A stretch of 63,976 nt of DNA, counting the filler. It is 5 parts of 5 records of this genome, joined end to end, with 100 filler letters (N's around TTAATTAATTAA, not from the genome) between each part and the next. Parts side by side here need not be neighbours in the genome. Positions count along the whole stretch, not along the records: positions 16,165 to 44,027 come from SRR20825010_168; 4 more parts are not named here. The stretch is one strand, 5' to 3'. The notes beneath the pieces are model-generated. The model saw only the letters and a program-made list of their open reading frames with translations. It did no database searches and was not told the origin of the DNA. Below are positions 30,092 through 40,424 of the stretch, in pieces; within the stretch, counting starts at the first letter, position 1; every line of letters begins with the position of its first letter. The translations under genes and the position numbers were made by a program.

Positions 30092-30829
30092 TTAACTGTT
30101 CCAAATTTCCCAGGATCTTTCCGCCTGCAATTCCAGCATATCGAGACCATTTTTTGTGGCAGCTCCTCTTGTTCTTCCTTCCCTTAAAAACTTTGTTTCG
30201 CCTGGGTTGTAAACCAAATCGTAAAGAAATTGATTCGCGTGTAAGGCATCATAAGGGATATCTGGGCAGGTGTCCTCTTTTGGAAAGGTGCCCAGAGGTG
30301 TGGTGTTTACAAGTAAATCTACATTCCGAACGATTTCCGGGTTTTCCTTCAATTCTTTGTAAGTCAATTCCGCTTTATCTTTTGCTCTGGAAACCAACTG
30401 GAATGAAATATTCAAATCCGTTAATGCAGCTTTGATCGCCTTGGAAGCGCCACCCGTACCGAGTACCAAAGCCGATTTGAGTACTTTACCATTCGTAAAT
30501 GCTTCCAGGGATTTTTTGAAGCCGTAATAATCACTGTTGTATCCAATCAATTCATTACCGACTCGCCGAATGACGTTTACGGCACCAACTTTTTCGGCGC
30601 TCACATCAAAGTGGGATAAAAAGGGCATGACGTTTTCTTTATGCGGTACGGTTACGTTCGTACCATCCAGCTCTGGATCATCCCACAACTTTTCAAAAGC
30701 CCGGATGTCCTCCATTTCGAAAAGATCATATTGATGATCGTTTAAACCGAGTGTCCGGAATTTTTCAGTAAAATATTTTTTGGAAAAGGAATGTCCCAGT
30801 GGAAAACCAATTAGCCCGAATTTTCTCAT
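30092..30829 (-). CDS. aroE: Shikimate dehydrogenase
   Basis: LGHSFS, NVTVPHK, GAVN, GYNSD, GTGGAS, DLVYNP, GLDMLELQA. Confidence 0.93.
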   Translation of the reverse strand: MRKFGLIGFPLGHSFSKKYFTEKFRTLGLNDHQYDLFEMEDIRAFEKLWDDPELDGTNVTVPHKENVMPFLSHFDVSAEKVGAVNVIRRVGNELIGYNSDYYGFKKSLEAFTNGKVLKSALVLGTGGASKAIKAALTDLNISFQLVSRAKDKAELTYKELKENPEIVRNVDLLVNTTPLGTFPKEDTCPDIPYDALHANQFLYDLVYNPGETKFLREGRTRGAATKNGLDMLELQAERSWEIWNS

Positions 30830-30893
30830 GTACTTGACTTGAAAAGCTAGTTTGGGTCAAAAATAAACCAAGCCGAAAAGAAATTCCTTCGAT

Positions 30894-31793
30894 TCAGGAC
30901 TTATTCGCAGAAGCTGTTTTTTCCATGATCCATACCACAAGAAAACCAACGACCATCAACGAAAGAGCAATGACAAAAGCTCCATCTAAGTCAGGTAATT
31001 GCCAGATGTATCCGGTTGCCTTTTGTTTGCCTGTTTCCAGAGTCATGTATTGGGTGATTTTCCACGGCCAAATGATGGCCAGCGATCCTGCAACAAAGCC
31101 AGTCAATAAACTGATGGTGATATCGCGGAAGTTTTTGAAAAGGTAGGAAAGCAAACGCGAAAAAAGCACCAAACCGGCAATGCAACCAATGCCCATAGGG
31201 ACGATCACACCAAAATCAAAACTGCTGATGGCCTGAAGGACCAGAATGTAGTTACCCATAAGCAGCAAAATATAAGAACCCGACAGGCCGGGCAAAATCA
31301 TGCTGCTGATTGCAACGGCCCCACAAATAATGAGATAGATAAACGAAGGGTTTGGTGCCGCCGGTGGCAGAAAGGCAATCCCCGCTGCAATGGCTACACC
31401 AAGTGTCAAGGAGGAAATATTGCCCAAATTGATCTTGGAAATTTGTCTGCCTACGCCAAGAATGGAGGCGATAATCAGCCCAAAAAAGAAGGCCAGCGTA
31501 TGAATTTCGTAATATTGGAAAGCGAGTTCCAGCACCTTGGCGAGACTGAGGATACTAACTGCCACACCGAAAAGCACTGAAGCCAGGAAATACAAATCTG
31601 TTTTGGCCACAAAAACCCTCCAATCTCCGGAAATCAGCATTTTGAGAGCCCTCAAATCGAAAGACTTGAGGGAATTGATTAGCCGCTCGTAAATACCTGT
31701 GATAAAGGCAATGGTTCCTCCGGAAACGCCGGGGATGACATTAGCAGCACCCATAGCCAGTCCCTTCAGAACCAAACTGAGGTATTGATTCAT
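30894..31793 (-). CDS. DUF368 protein (PopT-type undecaprenyl-phosphate translocase family)
   Basis: Paired re-entrant motifs IPGVSGGT and ILPGLSGS. Confidence 0.88.
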   Translation of the reverse strand: MNQYLSLVLKGLAMGAANVIPGVSGGTIAFITGIYERLINSLKSFDLRALKMLISGDWRVFVAKTDLYFLASVLFGVAVSILSLAKVLELAFQYYEIHTLAFFFGLIIASILGVGRQISKINLGNISSLTLGVAIAAGIAFLPPAAPNPSFIYLIICGAVAISSMILPGLSGSYILLLMGNYILVLQAISSFDFGVIVPMGIGCIAGLVLFSRLLSYLFKNFRDITISLLTGFVAGSLAIIWPWKITQYMTLETGKQKATGYIWQLPDLDGAFVIALSLMVVGFLVVWIMEKTASANKS

Positions 31794-31796
31794 GTA

Positions 31797-32552
31797 TTAA
31801 AGGAAATGATCAAAAGTATCTCCTCGCAGACCCAAGCGAATCGTTTCAAGAGGGATCACTTCATTTGGAGCTATGTTTCCAAGGTTTACATTGGCGCCAA
31901 TTAATTTGATAAACCAAACCTGTTGCGCTTTTTGTGGTGCTTCCCAAAGAATTTTTTCTTCAGGTATTTTGGTTAGGATCTCTTCCACTAATCCTTGTCG
32001 TACTTCACCGGAATCCCTGAAAAGACCTACGTTACCACCTTCACGAGCTTCACCTATCACTTTCCATGCTCCTGCTTCAAGTTCAGTTTGCATTTGCTCA
32101 ATCCACTTATAAGGAGGGATGATTTTAGCAGCATCTTTAGAGCCTACTTCGCTTAGCACAGTCACCTGACTAGATAGGGTTCGAATGTATTCACATTTGT
32201 CGTCGTGGTTCATTTCCACTGACCCATCGGAAACTTCCGCAAATTCCAGACCGTATTTGTCCAACACTTTTCGGTAGTCATCAAATTGGTTTCGGATCAC
32301 GAATGCTTCGAACAAGGTCCCTCCAAAATAGCAGGGAATTCCTGCATCTTTCAAAAGTGCAATGCGCTCCTTTAGTTTGTTGCTAACAAAGGATGTGCCC
32401 CAGCCAAACTTTACAATGTCGATGTAATTTCCGCATGAGTCAATCATGTCTTCCATTTCCCTCACACTAAAGCCTTTGTCCATGACCATCGTAAATCCTT
32501 TGGTTCTTGGCTTTGCTGTTCTTTCAGGAAGGTTATTTAGATAATAATTCAT
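31797..32552 (-). CDS. comA: Phosphosulfolactate synthase (ComA family)
   Basis: KPR..G.TMVMDKG, KFGWGT, GGTLFE, EVSDG, SEVGSK, EARE, WEAP, NVNLGNI, LETIRLGLRGDT. Confidence 0.9.
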   Translation of the reverse strand: MNYYLNNLPERTAKPRTKGFTMVMDKGFSVREMEDMIDSCGNYIDIVKFGWGTSFVSNKLKERIALLKDAGIPCYFGGTLFEAFVIRNQFDDYRKVLDKYGLEFAEVSDGSVEMNHDDKCEYIRTLSSQVTVLSEVGSKDAAKIIPPYKWIEQMQTELEAGAWKVIGEAREGGNVGLFRDSGEVRQGLVEEILTKIPEEKILWEAPQKAQQVWFIKLIGANVNLGNIAPNEVIPLETIRLGLRGDTFDHFL

Positions 32553-32615
32553 AAGCTAGTAATGCCTGTTCGAAACAAGCCTCGAAATTAAAAATTCTGG
32601 TTAAAATGAAGACTA

Positions 32616-34019
32616 TTAAAGATTGTTTTTTCGGTATTGATCCACAATCTTATAGAGTGCTTTTTGTGTCTGCAATTTCGGGAAAAATTCGAACAATGAA
32701 AGGTGACCTTCAAAATCCAGCATAAGGGCCGTTTCCAGTCGGTTTACAGCCATTTTATAGCGTCCTCCTTCTATCAAATACACCACGCTTCGGTAATAGA
32801 GATCCGCAATGTCTGGGCATTCTACCAATCCCTCTTCGATTACATTTTGAGCCTTTTCATAATCTCCTTGTTCATAATAAACATTGGACCAATCGAGCCA
32901 GATATCTGGGTTTTCGGCATCCATCTCTGAGGCCTCTTCATAGGCTTCCAGCGCAGATACGATGTTTCCTATTTTAAACTCTGAATCAGCCACAGCCTTC
33001 CAGTAAATCGAGTTTTCCACATCGAGTTTCAGGGCTTTATTGAAAAAATGAATGGCTTCATGCCATTTTTCCTGTACCGAAAGGCAAACGCCAAGCCCGT
33101 ACCACGCTTCGTGATACATTTGATCCAGTTTGGTGGCCTTTTGATAATATTTTACAGCACGATCGAAGTTTAACAATTTTTCATAAACTGCTCCTAAATG
33201 GCAATAGATTTCAGAACTTGGACCTTCGAGATCAAGTGTTCTTAGATAAGACTTGAGCGCCTCATCGAATCGCAGAAGGTTCATGTAGGAATTCCCAATG
33301 TTAAAATGGGCGCTGCTGAAATCCTCATCAATTGCAATAGCGTACTCGTACGCATCTACCGCCTTTTCGTATTGCTCCAGTTTATTGTAAACAATACCAA
33401 GGTTGTACCATGCGTACTCAGAATAAGGATCCTGATCGATGAATTTATTGTAATAGTCCAGACTGCTTTCCAATTCTCCCGTTAAGTCCAGGCAATAAGC
33501 CAGTTCGTACAGCGCGTTTTCGTTCAGCATGTTGAACTCAATGGCGTTCTTATAGTTGTCAGCTGCACGGTCGTATTTTCCCATCCCTTGATAAGCCATC
33601 CCTATGCTATAGTAGATTTCATCTTTGTCCTCGACAAAATCGAGTGAATTTTCATAACATTCGATGGCCTTTTCATATTCATTCAAAATGGAATGGATAT
33701 TTCCTTTCTGAATCAAAATTTCAGCATCGTTTGGATGATAGTTCAGAGCGGAATCAAGGATTTCGATGGCCTCATCGGCACGATCCAAACGCAATAAAAT
33801 ATCTGTAGTTTCAAGTGCAATGTCGAGGGAGTACGGACATTGCTCACGAGCAAATTCACATGCCTTAATAGCCAATGCGAGTTTTTCGTGGCTTTGGTAA
33901 TAATTGATTACCTGCATGAAGGAGTCTTCATTGAAGTAATGATTTTCCTTGTTTTTGAGGAACGCTTCAAATCTTCTTATCAACTCCTTTTCCTCCTTGC
34001 GCTTATACTCTTCGTGCAT
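32616..34019 (-). CDS. Tetratricopeptide repeat protein (cytoplasmic)
   Basis: Continuous TPR units (AWYNLG, AHFNIG, AWYGLG); no signal peptide. Confidence 0.88.
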   Translation of the reverse strand: MHEEYKRKEEKELIRRFEAFLKNKENHYFNEDSFMQVINYYQSHEKLALAIKACEFAREQCPYSLDIALETTDILLRLDRADEAIEILDSALNYHPNDAEILIQKGNIHSILNEYEKAIECYENSLDFVEDKDEIYYSIGMAYQGMGKYDRAADNYKNAIEFNMLNENALYELAYCLDLTGELESSLDYYNKFIDQDPYSEYAWYNLGIVYNKLEQYEKAVDAYEYAIAIDEDFSSAHFNIGNSYMNLLRFDEALKSYLRTLDLEGPSSEIYCHLGAVYEKLLNFDRAVKYYQKATKLDQMYHEAWYGLGVCLSVQEKWHEAIHFFNKALKLDVENSIYWKAVADSEFKIGNIVSALEAYEEASEMDAENPDIWLDWSNVYYEQGDYEKAQNVIEEGLVECPDIADLYYRSVVYLIEGGRYKMAVNRLETALMLDFEGHLSLFEFFPKLQTQKALYKIVDQYRKNNL

Positions 34020-34116
34020 AAATAACAGTTAAAGTAAGAACTAGGTACATAACAATTTAGCCTATTTTTTTGATGGTCTAACGAAATCCCAACCAAAAGT
34101 TATCCACATATTTCAT

Positions 34117-34827
34117 CTACTCCAGGCTATTGTTAAGTAACCCATTTTCTTTGATTCTCAGACTTAAAGCCTTTCGGATCGAACCTACCTGACTAATACG
34201 GTGCAAATCAGACCCAAAAAAACTCACCATTGATTCTTTTATGAGCCTGTTGGCTATTTTTTTTGGTGCTTCACCATAAACACCAACCAAAGACGGAAGA
34301 TTCATTTGAAGTTTAACTCCTTGCTGAATCAGAGATTTAAGCCAGCTCAAATTCTTTTCCAGGTAGAGATACCGCTCTGGATGCGCAAAAACGGGTGTAT
34401 ATCCCTTGCTCTGCATCTGAAAAATGACTTCATCAAAAATCAGTGGCTTGGAATAAAACGATGTTTCGAACAGCAGATAGTTTTCTCCGAAGGTCAGGAT
34501 TTTCTCATCGTTTTTTAGCTTTTCGAGAAACGCACCATCCATGTAATATTCCGCTGCGCATTCCAACTGAAGACTGATGCCGTATTGTTTCATTTTCTTC
34601 ACAAGCTCGGCATGTTTCTCCTCAATTTTTTCTGGAGTGTTCGGATAAACTTCCGAATGAATGTGCGGCGTGGTTATTACCTTTTTGTATCCCTGAGATT
34701 GCAAAAACTGGAGTACTTCTATGGATTCGTCAAAAGACTTAACCCCATCATCAAGGCCAGGCAAGAGGTGTGAATGAATATCAACGGTAAGGTTTAAATT
34801 TTTACGAGAAAACAGCCAGTCCAACAT
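34117..34827 (-). CDS. CpsB/CapC PHP-type tyrosine phosphatase
   Basis: DIHSHLLPGLDDG, TTPH, AHPERY, GSDLH. Confidence 0.9.
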   Translation of the reverse strand: MLDWLFSRKNLNLTVDIHSHLLPGLDDGVKSFDESIEVLQFLQSQGYKKVITTPHIHSEVYPNTPEKIEEKHAELVKKMKQYGISLQLECAAEYYMDGAFLEKLKNDEKILTFGENYLLFETSFYSKPLIFDEVIFQMQSKGYTPVFAHPERYLYLEKNLSWLKSLIQQGVKLQMNLPSLVGVYGEAPKKIANRLIKESMVSFFGSDLHRISQVGSIRKALSLRIKENGLLNNSLE

Positions 34828-34854
34828 TGCCTTTTAGAATCGGCGCAAAGGTAG

Positions 34855-37203
34855 TTAGCTTTTATTAGAATCCTCGTAGTAACCGTAACCATAGCCATAG
34901 CCGTAACCATAGCTGTATCCGCCACCGGAAGATTTCACAGAGTTGAAAATGACCGTCAGATTCGGGAATTGATTCATGTTCTTCAGGTTTTCGACCGATT
35001 TTACAAAACCCCGCTTTGAATAGTCAGACCGAATGACATAGAGTTGCAAGTCGGAATATTTCATAGAAAGCACTGCATCTGTGACCAAACCAACGGGAGG
35101 TGTGTCCAGAATCACCATGTCGTATCTTTTGGAAAGCTCGTCAAGCATTTCCTTGTATTCCTTATGCAGGATCAATTCCGATGGGTTAGGTGGATTGGGG
35201 CCTGCCGGGATGTAATCCATGTTTGCAATTGGAGATTTTCGAATGCACTCATCCAATGTGTTTTTTCCAATCAAATGTGTGCTTACTCCATTTACTCCAG
35301 GCGCATCTTCAAATGCGATGTGCACTTTCGGCTTGCGCATGTCCAGATCCACAATGCAGACTTTTTGATTTGAAAAGGCGATTATAGCTCCCAAATTCAC
35401 CGCAACGAAGGTTTTTCCTTCTCCACTTATGGTCGATGTAACGGTGATGATGTGTGTCTCCCTGTTTCCGTTGAGGAACTCCATGTTTGTTCGAATCGTG
35501 CGAAGCGATTCACTTATTGCCGATTTGGAACTAGGCTTAATAACAAGTCGGGTAACCGGTAGTTTCTTTGAATTAAAATGGGGGATGGAACCTAATATTG
35601 GGACGTTAATGAGCTTTTCTAATTCCTTCAGACTTGTGATCCTATTATTGAGCACGTATTTGAGCAGTAGGAAAATAAACGAAATGACAAAGGCGGCAGA
35701 AAATGCCACTCCATAGATCATGATTTTTTCCGGCTTGATGGGCGCATCCGGTAGGGAAGCCGGCGACAGGATGACAAAGTTGGTAACGGTACCCGCTCGT
35801 GTGATTTCCAGCTCCATTTTTGACTTTCGCAATGAAAGGAGAAACTCTTCCTGGAGTTGATAGAAACGTCTTTTTTTGTTGTACTCGGTTCCCATAGAAG
35901 GAAGTTCCACAAAATTGCCTTCAAGTTTTGCCCGACGCAATTGCGATTGGCTGATTCTTTCTTTTAGATTAGATATATACTCGTCTACGAGCATGGTAAG
36001 GTCGTCACTTAGCGCCGACAGCTCTTTATCTATTTGCTGAATGACATAGGTGTTTTTGTTATACGATCCCAGTTTTTTGGATCGCTCACTTTGAATCTTC
36101 TGGTAGCTAATTAAGCCATCGTGTATACCGTCCGGCAATTTTGAAACCATTGTCTGGCTCAGCATAACCGGGTTTTCCGCATTCAATTGCTTGGCCAATA
36201 GCTCCGCATCTGTGAGGCGTATCTTCAGGTCAAAAGCTTGTGAGTCTAGTGCATCCAGTTGCTGTATGGTGCGCGTAATGTCATTTTGCAGGTTCGTGGT
36301 TTTATTTTCAATGGTGAAGCTTTCAAAATAACTTTCGAATTCTTCCAGTTTATCTTCGGTCGATTGAATTTGCTCTTCCAAGAAGGTGATTTTTTGCTCT
36401 ACAGCAAGATTTTTTGCAGCTTTCGTGTGCTCCAGATAGAGTGTGTCGATGGCCTGGATAAGATCTCTGGCCTTGTACCTGTTGTTGTCCTGAATGGAGA
36501 TAAGAATCGTCTTTGCATTAAAATTCTCCGGGCGCACCATCACATTATTCTGAAAATATCGAATCAGAGCATGCTGGCTATTGATTTGAAAATAGTAGCG
36601 GCCTTTGGCGTCATCTGTATAGTCTTCGGTGCGGTCTATTAAGAAGTTGAAGCCCTGTGTTTGAATTTCTTCACCAAAACGATGGCTTGTTTTAATTTCC
36701 TCTCCGTTCTGTTTGTAGATCAAATCGAAATTTTGGTGATCCTTAATCACCAGATCAATGGGGCGGTCATAAAATGAGCCATCTAGTATTTTATATGAAA
36801 CTACGAAAGGACTGTTTCCATAACGTTCATCCTCCAGCAGGTTTCCATAATAGAAATAGGATACGTCCATATTGATCGCATCGACAACCTTAGAAAAGAA
36901 CAGACTTGATTTTAGAAGCTCTATTTCTCCAGAAATCTCTGCCAGATCAAGAGCTTCCATGTTGTTCGCCAAACCGAGCGATTTAGCTTCACTTTCAAAA
37001 TCGAGTTTCAGAATGGAATCCGATTCATAAACAGGTTTGGACCAACGAATGAAGCCCAGATAGGCAATAGAAAAAGAGGCGATAAAAAAAACGATGATGT
37101 AGATGAGACTTTTCTTCAGCGTATGAATGAATTTCTCAAGATCAAACGAATTCAGAATGTCATCTTCCTTTTCCAAAACGGTATTTCCTTTATAATCCGC
37201 CAT
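34855..37203 (-). CDS. wzc: Wzc-type polysaccharide tyrosine autokinase
   Basis: Two TMs, coiled coil, ESLRTIRTN, SGEGKT, DLDMRKP, ILDTPP, C-terminal Tyr cluster YSYGYGYGYGYGYY. Confidence 0.92.
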   Translation of the reverse strand: MADYKGNTVLEKEDDILNSFDLEKFIHTLKKSLIYIIVFFIASFSIAYLGFIRWSKPVYESDSILKLDFESEAKSLGLANNMEALDLAEISGEIELLKSSLFFSKVVDAINMDVSYFYYGNLLEDERYGNSPFVVSYKILDGSFYDRPIDLVIKDHQNFDLIYKQNGEEIKTSHRFGEEIQTQGFNFLIDRTEDYTDDAKGRYYFQINSQHALIRYFQNNVMVRPENFNAKTILISIQDNNRYKARDLIQAIDTLYLEHTKAAKNLAVEQKITFLEEQIQSTEDKLEEFESYFESFTIENKTTNLQNDITRTIQQLDALDSQAFDLKIRLTDAELLAKQLNAENPVMLSQTMVSKLPDGIHDGLISYQKIQSERSKKLGSYNKNTYVIQQIDKELSALSDDLTMLVDEYISNLKERISQSQLRRAKLEGNFVELPSMGTEYNKKRRFYQLQEEFLLSLRKSKMELEITRAGTVTNFVILSPASLPDAPIKPEKIMIYGVAFSAAFVISFIFLLLKYVLNNRITSLKELEKLINVPILGSIPHFNSKKLPVTRLVIKPSSKSAISESLRTIRTNMEFLNGNRETHIITVTSTISGEGKTFVAVNLGAIIAFSNQKVCIVDLDMRKPKVHIAFEDAPGVNGVSTHLIGKNTLDECIRKSPIANMDYIPAGPNPPNPSELILHKEYKEMLDELSKRYDMVILDTPPVGLVTDAVLSMKYSDLQLYVIRSDYSKRGFVKSVENLKNMNQFPNLTVIFNSVKSSGGGYSYGYGYGYGYGYYEDSNKS

Positions 37204-37208
37204 GTGAC

Positions 37209-37988
37209 TTATAGCTTCTGAATAACGATGATAATGGTCATGATGCTCGTGGCGACACTAAACACCGGTGACACATCTCGAATAGATTCGAGCCACGGCC
37301 TTCTCCATGGCTCTATGTAGATCACATCCCCAGCTTCCACATCGATGATACTTGCCTTCATTCCGGCAACAGTGGACAAATCGATGTAAAACACCTCAGG
37401 GTTGCTGAGGTCGCCACGGATTACGCGGATATTTTTGGCTTTTGAACCCAGGTTCAATCCACCATAAAGGGCCAGTATCTCAACCAAAGAAGTGTTCTCA
37501 TTTTCTATAGGAATGACCTGTCCTCCTTCACCACCAAGCACTACTACACGGCGGTTAAGAATCCGCAACTTTACGAAACTGTCAACATAATTCACGTTAT
37601 AGGCTTGTTCCAGTATTGTTTCTGCTTCGTCTATGGTTAGGCCCGCTATCAATTTTTTTCCAACCAAAGGGAGCTTCACCGATCCATCGAGTTGAATCAG
37701 GTATTGGTATTTTTCTCGGATTTGAACAGCCTGATTGTTTGTTTGTCCCGCAAATTCGAAATTGGGGTCTACCAACCGTTCGCCATTGTTGGTGAAAACG
37801 TCAACTTGTATCCAGTCGTCAGCCTGCAACTTATAGTTTCGCTCAGCCTGATCAACAGATTTGGCTAAATCACTCGACACGGAAGCTTTGTCCGGACGAA
37901 ACATGATATCCTGCTTGTAGGCTTTGCAGCCAAGAAGGAGCGAGATCGAGATAAAAACGAATAGGTTTTGGGCTGAAAAATGTTTCAT
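37209..37988 (-). CDS. wza: Polysaccharide export lipoprotein (Wza-like)
   Basis: Lipobox LLGC, DGSVKLPLVG..AGLT, SLBB-like region; adjacent to wzc. Confidence 0.82.
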   Translation of the reverse strand: MKHFSAQNLFVFISISLLLGCKAYKQDIMFRPDKASVSSDLAKSVDQAERNYKLQADDWIQVDVFTNNGERLVDPNFEFAGQTNNQAVQIREKYQYLIQLDGSVKLPLVGKKLIAGLTIDEAETILEQAYNVNYVDSFVKLRILNRRVVVLGGEGGQVIPIENENTSLVEILALYGGLNLGSKAKNIRVIRGDLSNPEVFYIDLSTVAGMKASIIDVEAGDVIYIEPWRRPWLESIRDVSPVFSVATSIMTIIIVIQKL

Positions 37989-38061
37989 ATCCGGTTGTGG
38001 CCTAAAATTAGCTCAAAATAGATTAATCATACCTACTGATAGTGGGTCATTCGGTAACGTG

Positions 38062-39174
38062 TCATTTTTGCTGGGTCAGCGAATCAATTTTTTCGCTGTA
38101 CAGCTCGATGACTTTCTTTTCGTCAAATACTTCTTCAATACGGTTTCTTGAGTTTTTCGACATTTGAGTTTTTTCTTCAGGATTCATGGCAAGATATAGT
38201 TTTACCTTGTCTGCCAGATCCTTTGGGTTTTTCACTTCGAACAGAAACCCATTGTGCCCATCTACAACTACGTGTCTACAGCCTGGCACATCGGCAGCCA
38301 ATAATGCCTTACCCATAGCACCACCTTCCAACAGGGTTCTTGGCGTTCCTTCACGATAGCTGGGTAATACAATCACATCGGCCTGCTCAATTTCCGGGCG
38401 AACATCCGACATGTGATCTTCATAGGAAATCAATCCTTCTTCAATCCAGCTGTCCAATTCCTCCTGTGTAATTGTACGTGCATGACTTTCATCCAGGCTT
38501 CCAACCAACCTGAATTCACTATTTTTTCTGTCCTTTTTTAGGATTCGAATGGCGTCAACATAGTCGCGAACACCTTTTTCGACAATCAGACGGGCGATCA
38601 TCAGGAAGATCACTTTATCGCGCTTTTGAGGTGGGGAATAGGCGAAATGATCCACATTGATTCCAGAGCCGGGAAGTAAACTTGTCTTTTTCTCATTGAG
38701 AGGTACAAAAGACAAAAACTCCGCTCGATCTTCATCATTTTGAAAAAAGACCCATTTATTAAACCGAAAGGCAAAGGAATAAAGTGCGACCGCCAATTTG
38801 CGGATGGCTCCTGTCCATAAAAAGACCGTACCTAGCCCGCTGACATTGCAAATGCAGGGAATACCAAGGGTACCTGCTGCAATGGATCCATAAAGGTTTG
38901 GTTTGATCGTATAAGTCAGGACTACATCCGGTGCTGCTTTTTTTAGTTTGTTACGAATGGAAAGCATCAGCAGGAAATCAGTGACAGGGTTCATGCCGGT
39001 CCCTTTCATCTCGAGAGGAATGTATTCACATCCCCATTCCACCAGCTTTTGGGAATATTCATCCAGTGGCGCCAAAGCAACCACTGTGTCGCCCCGATCT
39101 AAGAAAAACTGTACCAGTCCTTTACGGAAATTGTAGATGTTCCAACTAGTATTAATAATGATGGCAATCTTCAC
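38062..39174 (-). CDS. Glycosyltransferase family 4
   Basis: TIKPN.YG, FFQN, PGSGI, LPSYREG.PR.LLEG, DVPGC; GTG start. Confidence 0.9.
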   Translation of the reverse strand: MKIAIIINTSWNIYNFRKGLVQFFLDRGDTVVALAPLDEYSQKLVEWGCEYIPLEMKGTGMNPVTDFLLMLSIRNKLKKAAPDVVLTYTIKPNLYGSIAAGTLGIPCICNVSGLGTVFLWTGAIRKLAVALYSFAFRFNKWVFFQNDEDRAEFLSFVPLNEKKTSLLPGSGINVDHFAYSPPQKRDKVIFLMIARLIVEKGVRDYVDAIRILKKDRKNSEFRLVGSLDESHARTITQEELDSWIEEGLISYEDHMSDVRPEIEQADVIVLPSYREGTPRTLLEGGAMGKALLAADVPGCRHVVVDGHNGFLFEVKNPKDLADKVKLYLAMNPEEKTQMSKNSRNRIEEVFDEKKVIELYSEKIDSLTQQK

Positions 39175-39259
39175 AAACCTTTTTCTAAAAACTTATCTCT
39201 AATTTTGAACCTTGAAACTACAATTTATGTAGTGCAGATCAATATATGTGCGTGTTTGT

Positions 39260-40399
39260 ATGATAGAAACGAAAAAAGAGCAGGAATACGGGGTGTTGGT
39301 AACAGTGGTGCCGAAGTTTCAATCGGATGAAAAAACTCAGGAATACCTGGACGAACTGGCTTTCTTGGCTCAGACCATCGATATAGAGGTTCTGACGATT
39401 TTTGTGCAAAAGCTGGAGCATCCGGAAACAAAAACTTTTGTGGGCAAGGGAAAGCTGCACGAGATCAACGAATACATAACGGCCAAAAAGGTAAAGAATG
39501 TCATTTTTGATGATGACCTCACACCCTCACAAATGAGAAATCTGGAGCGGGAACTTGGAGCAACGATTTTTGATCGGAGTTTGCTGATCTTGGAGATTTT
39601 CATGAAAAGAGCACAAACGACCCAGGCAAAGACGCAAGTGGAGCTGGCTCGTTATCAATATTTACTTCCGCGACTTACCCGAATGTGGACACATTTGGAG
39701 CGACAAAAAGGAGGGACGGGCACACGTAGTGGAGCCGGGGAAAAAGAAATTGAAACGGATAGACGTAATATCCGCAATCAGATAACCGTGCTTCGTAAGC
39801 GGTTAGATAAAATCGAATTACAGGCTGCAACGAGAAGAAAATCCAGAGATGGAGTAGTGCGTGTAGCACTGGTGGGTTACACCAACGCAGGAAAGTCCAC
39901 CCTGATGAACATGATCAGCAAGGAGAAGGTCTATGCCAAAGATGAACTTTTTGCTACTGTTGATTCTACTGTGAGAAAGGTGGTGATTGATCAGGTTCCG
40001 TTTTTATTATCGGATACGGTTGGGTTTATTCGCAAACTCCCTCACGATTTGATTGAATCCTTCAAGTCCACATTGATGGAAGTGAAGGAAGCGGACATCT
40101 TGCTTCACGTCATTGATGTTTCCAACCCGGCATACGACGATCACATCCGTGTGGTAGAGGAAACGCTGGAAGAAATTGGAGCGGCAGATATCCCTACTAT
40201 TAAAGTTTTTAACAAAGTAGATAAACTCAGTAGCGAATCTGAGGTATACAATCACATCGATTCGATAACCAAAGAGAGCATTTACATCTCCGCACACACG
40301 AAGTTTCACATCCCTGAAATTCGTGAATTGCTCGGTAAGGAGACAGCCAAGGTTCATTACAAGATATACCCCAACTATCTCAATACAGAAACATATTGA
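39260..40399 (+). CDS. hflX: Ribosome rescue GTPase HflX
   Basis: FVGKGK, GAGEKEIETDRR, GYTNAGKST, DTVGF, NKVD; ATG 39260 preferred. Confidence 0.95.
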   Translation: MIETKKEQEYGVLVTVVPKFQSDEKTQEYLDELAFLAQTIDIEVLTIFVQKLEHPETKTFVGKGKLHEINEYITAKKVKNVIFDDDLTPSQMRNLERELGATIFDRSLLILEIFMKRAQTTQAKTQVELARYQYLLPRLTRMWTHLERQKGGTGTRSGAGEKEIETDRRNIRNQITVLRKRLDKIELQAATRRKSRDGVVRVALVGYTNAGKSTLMNMISKEKVYAKDELFATVDSTVRKVVIDQVPFLLSDTVGFIRKLPHDLIESFKSTLMEVKEADILLHVIDVSNPAYDDHIRVVEETLEEIGAADIPTIKVFNKVDKLSSESEVYNHIDSITKESIYISAHTKFHIPEIRELLGKETAKVHYKIYPNYLNTETY

Positions 40400-40424
40400 G
40401 ATAGCTGTTTCGTTGGGTTGTTAG

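Noticed and set aside
34100..34108. Single perfect DnaA box TTATCCACA upstream of the TPR-comA run
   Set aside because: An isolated 9-mer in AT-rich DNA with no companion boxes; insufficient evidence.
34875..34925. Short tandem repeats at the 3' end of wzc
   Set aside because: They encode the normal Tyr-Gly autophosphorylation cluster.
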